A stretch of 64,000 nucleotides of DNA from Bacteroides sp. (GTDB taxonomy: Bacteria > Bacteroidota > Bacteroidia > Bacteroidales > P3), in the NCBI GenBank assembly GCA_023662825.1, contig JAMPIH010000005.1:72007-136006 (forward strand), given 5' to 3'. The notes beneath the pieces are model-generated. The model was not told the DNA's origin, made no database searches, and saw nothing but the letters and a program-made list of their open reading frames with translations. Position 1 is the first letter of the stretch. Each line of letters begins with the position of its first letter. Both the position numbers and the translations under genes were made by a program. This document shows, one piece after another, positions 62,662 through 64,000 of this stretch.

Positions 62662-62888
62662 TACTGTATGCGCCCTCCATTGCGCAGGCAGATGGCCTGA
62701 AGGTCATCCACGGCATCGTCAATCGACAAGGTGTGTTCGGCCTCGTAACAGTTCAGGAGAAAGTGGATGCCGCTGTAGCGACGCAGGTAGGCGTAAGCCT
62801 GTGCCATCACCAAATTGTATCTTTCGGCAAAAGCGCTTACACAACAAACAACGTATTCTATTATGTTGAAATCTTTCTGCGTCATCAT
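62661..62888 (-). CDS. DUF3791 domain protein (copy b)
   Basis: 75 aa; overlaps the DUF3990 start. Confidence 0.5.
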   Translation of the reverse strand: MMTQKDFNIIEYVVCCVSAFAERYNLVMAQAYAYLRRYSGIHFLLNCYEAEHTLSIDDAVDDLQAICLRNGGRIQ

Positions 62889-62906
62889 TGCAAAGGTAGG
62901 GAAATT

Positions 62907-63455
62907 TTACATCCTGAACGGGCTTGCGAAGTCTTTGAAGCGTTCGCCTTTTTGGTCTTTGGGCGAGAGGAGGGGGTTGGCGCATTTCCAGTCGATGCCT
63001 ATGTCGGGGTCGTTCCAGAGCAGGCAGCCTTCGGTCTGGGGCGCGTAGGGTGCGGTTACCTTGTAGGCGAACACCGTGCCTTGTTCGCGCGCCACGAACC
63101 CGTGCGCCATGCCCGCCGGCAGCAGGAACTGCAGCTTGTTCTGCTCGCTGAGCTCCACGCATACGTGTTGGCCATAGGTGGGCGAGCCCAGGCGGATATC
63201 CACCGCCACGTCCATCACCGCCCCCTTGATGACCCTTACGATCTTGTCTTGGGCGAAGGGCGGCTTCTGGAAGTGCAGCCCCCGCAGCACGTCCTTGCCA
63301 GACTTCGACTCGTTGTCCTGCACGAAAACGTAGTCCAGACCCGCTTCCTGCCACTTCTTGAGCGAGTAGCTCTCCATAAAGTAGCCCCGCTCGTCTTCGA
63401 AAACGTCGGGGTGGATAATCACCACCCCGGGGATTTTTGTTTCTTCGAATTGCAT
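62907..63455 (-). CDS. rfbC: dTDP-4-dehydrorhamnose 3,5-epimerase
   Basis: Canonical RmlC cupin motifs (RGLHFQ, KGAVMDVAVDIR); internal ATG chosen as the start (the track ORF begins with GTG). Confidence 0.9.
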   Translation of the reverse strand: MQFEETKIPGVVIIHPDVFEDERGYFMESYSLKKWQEAGLDYVFVQDNESKSGKDVLRGLHFQKPPFAQDKIVRVIKGAVMDVAVDIRLGSPTYGQHVCVELSEQNKLQFLLPAGMAHGFVAREQGTVFAYKVTAPYAPQTEGCLLWNDPDIGIDWKCANPLLSPKDQKGERFKDFASPFRM

Positions 63456-63535
63456 GATATTTAAAATATGGTGGTTCACGAGCCTGAACGTCACGGTAGG
63501 TGTGTCGAGGCTGCGTGCCTTGTTTTTTCCCGCGT

Positions 63536-64000
63536 TTACTGGCTTTCGGTTGTATTGTTTAAATTGTCCTCAATCCCTTCGATTGTTGGAAGTGCCGATG
63601 CGACATCATTAAATAACTTTTCCGTTTCGTACTGGGCAATACCCATAGGTTGTGTTATTCCTCTCAGTGCAAATTCAGCTTTCTTATTGCTTTTATTTCT
63701 ACATAGCAGCAGACCGATGGTGGGATTATCCTCAGGAGATTTTACATATTCATCTACTGCTGAAATGTAAAAGTTGAGTTTGCTTACAAACTCAGGGATG
63801 AACTCAACCGCTTTTAACTCTATAGCAACATAACAGTGTAGCTTGACATGATACATTAAAATGTCGATGTAATAGTCTTCGCCATCAACTACGACATTAT
63901 ATTGGCGGCCAATGTAAGAGAAGCCTTTGCCCATCTCCAACAAAAAGTCGGTAACCTTGTCGGCAAGATGATTTTCTATGTCTCTTTCATGCTGTAAGGC
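63536..64000 (-). CDS. DUF1016 (YhcG-like) PDDEXK nuclease-domain protein, paralog 3 (partial; the 5' part runs off the window end)
   Basis: C-terminal half aligns with paralogs 1 and 2 (LLEMGKGFSYIGRQY...YVAIELK); the reading frame stays open to position 64000. Confidence 0.7.
   Translation of the reverse strand, partial: ALQHERDIENHLADKVTDFLLEMGKGFSYIGRQYNVVVDGEDYYIDILMYHVKLHCYVAIELKAVEFIPEFVSKLNFYISAVDEYVKSPEDNPTIGLLLCRNKSNKKAEFALRGITQPMGIAQYETEKLFNDVASALPTIEGIEDNLNNTTESQ

Noticed and set aside
62907-63494. Using the track's ORF start for rfbC
   Set aside because: The first codon is non-ATG and the N-terminal 13 residues (MTFRLVNHHILNI) are atypical for RmlC; the internal ATG (MQFEETKIPGVVII...) matches the family N-terminus.

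Overview
This 64-kb window looks like Bacteroidales chromosome, roughly 60% GC; a Rikenellaceae/Alistipes-like genome is an inference from the GC level. The core content is a near-complete S10-spc-alpha ribosomal superoperon on the minus strand, running rpsL-rpsG-fusA-rpsJ through rpoA-rplQ (39.4-57.5 kb). Other core genes are the giant T9SS component sprA, eno, ruvA, tag, gcvH, ychF, an exbB-exbD-tonB module, two TonB-dependent receptors, a patatin/Omp85-type outer-membrane phospholipase, an aldo/keto reductase and an rfbC. Several short AT-rich islets (roughly 40-48% GC) interrupt this backbone. They carry defence, toxin-antitoxin and surface-protein genes. These are: a Fic/wHTH protein; a DUF4143 AAA ATPase; three diverged DUF1016 (YhcG-like PDDEXK) paralogs, two of which flank an LRR/T9SS surface protein and share a conserved 5' leader; an AbiEi/AbiEii abortive-infection pair; an islet encoding an LRR-MBG-T9SS surface protein, a translationally coupled hypothetical with an Rx4H (HEPN-like) motif, a YafQ/DinJ-like TA pair and a 20-bp perfect inverted repeat; a truncated RhuM gene wedged between eno and rplQ; and a DUF2971 gene next to a tightly overlapping DUF3791-DUF3990-DUF3791 triad. 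No rRNA, tRNA or CRISPR array was seen. The least-characterised candidates are the DUF3791-DUF3990-DUF3791 triad with DUF2971, the HEPN-like gene, and the DUF1016 paralog family with its conserved leader.
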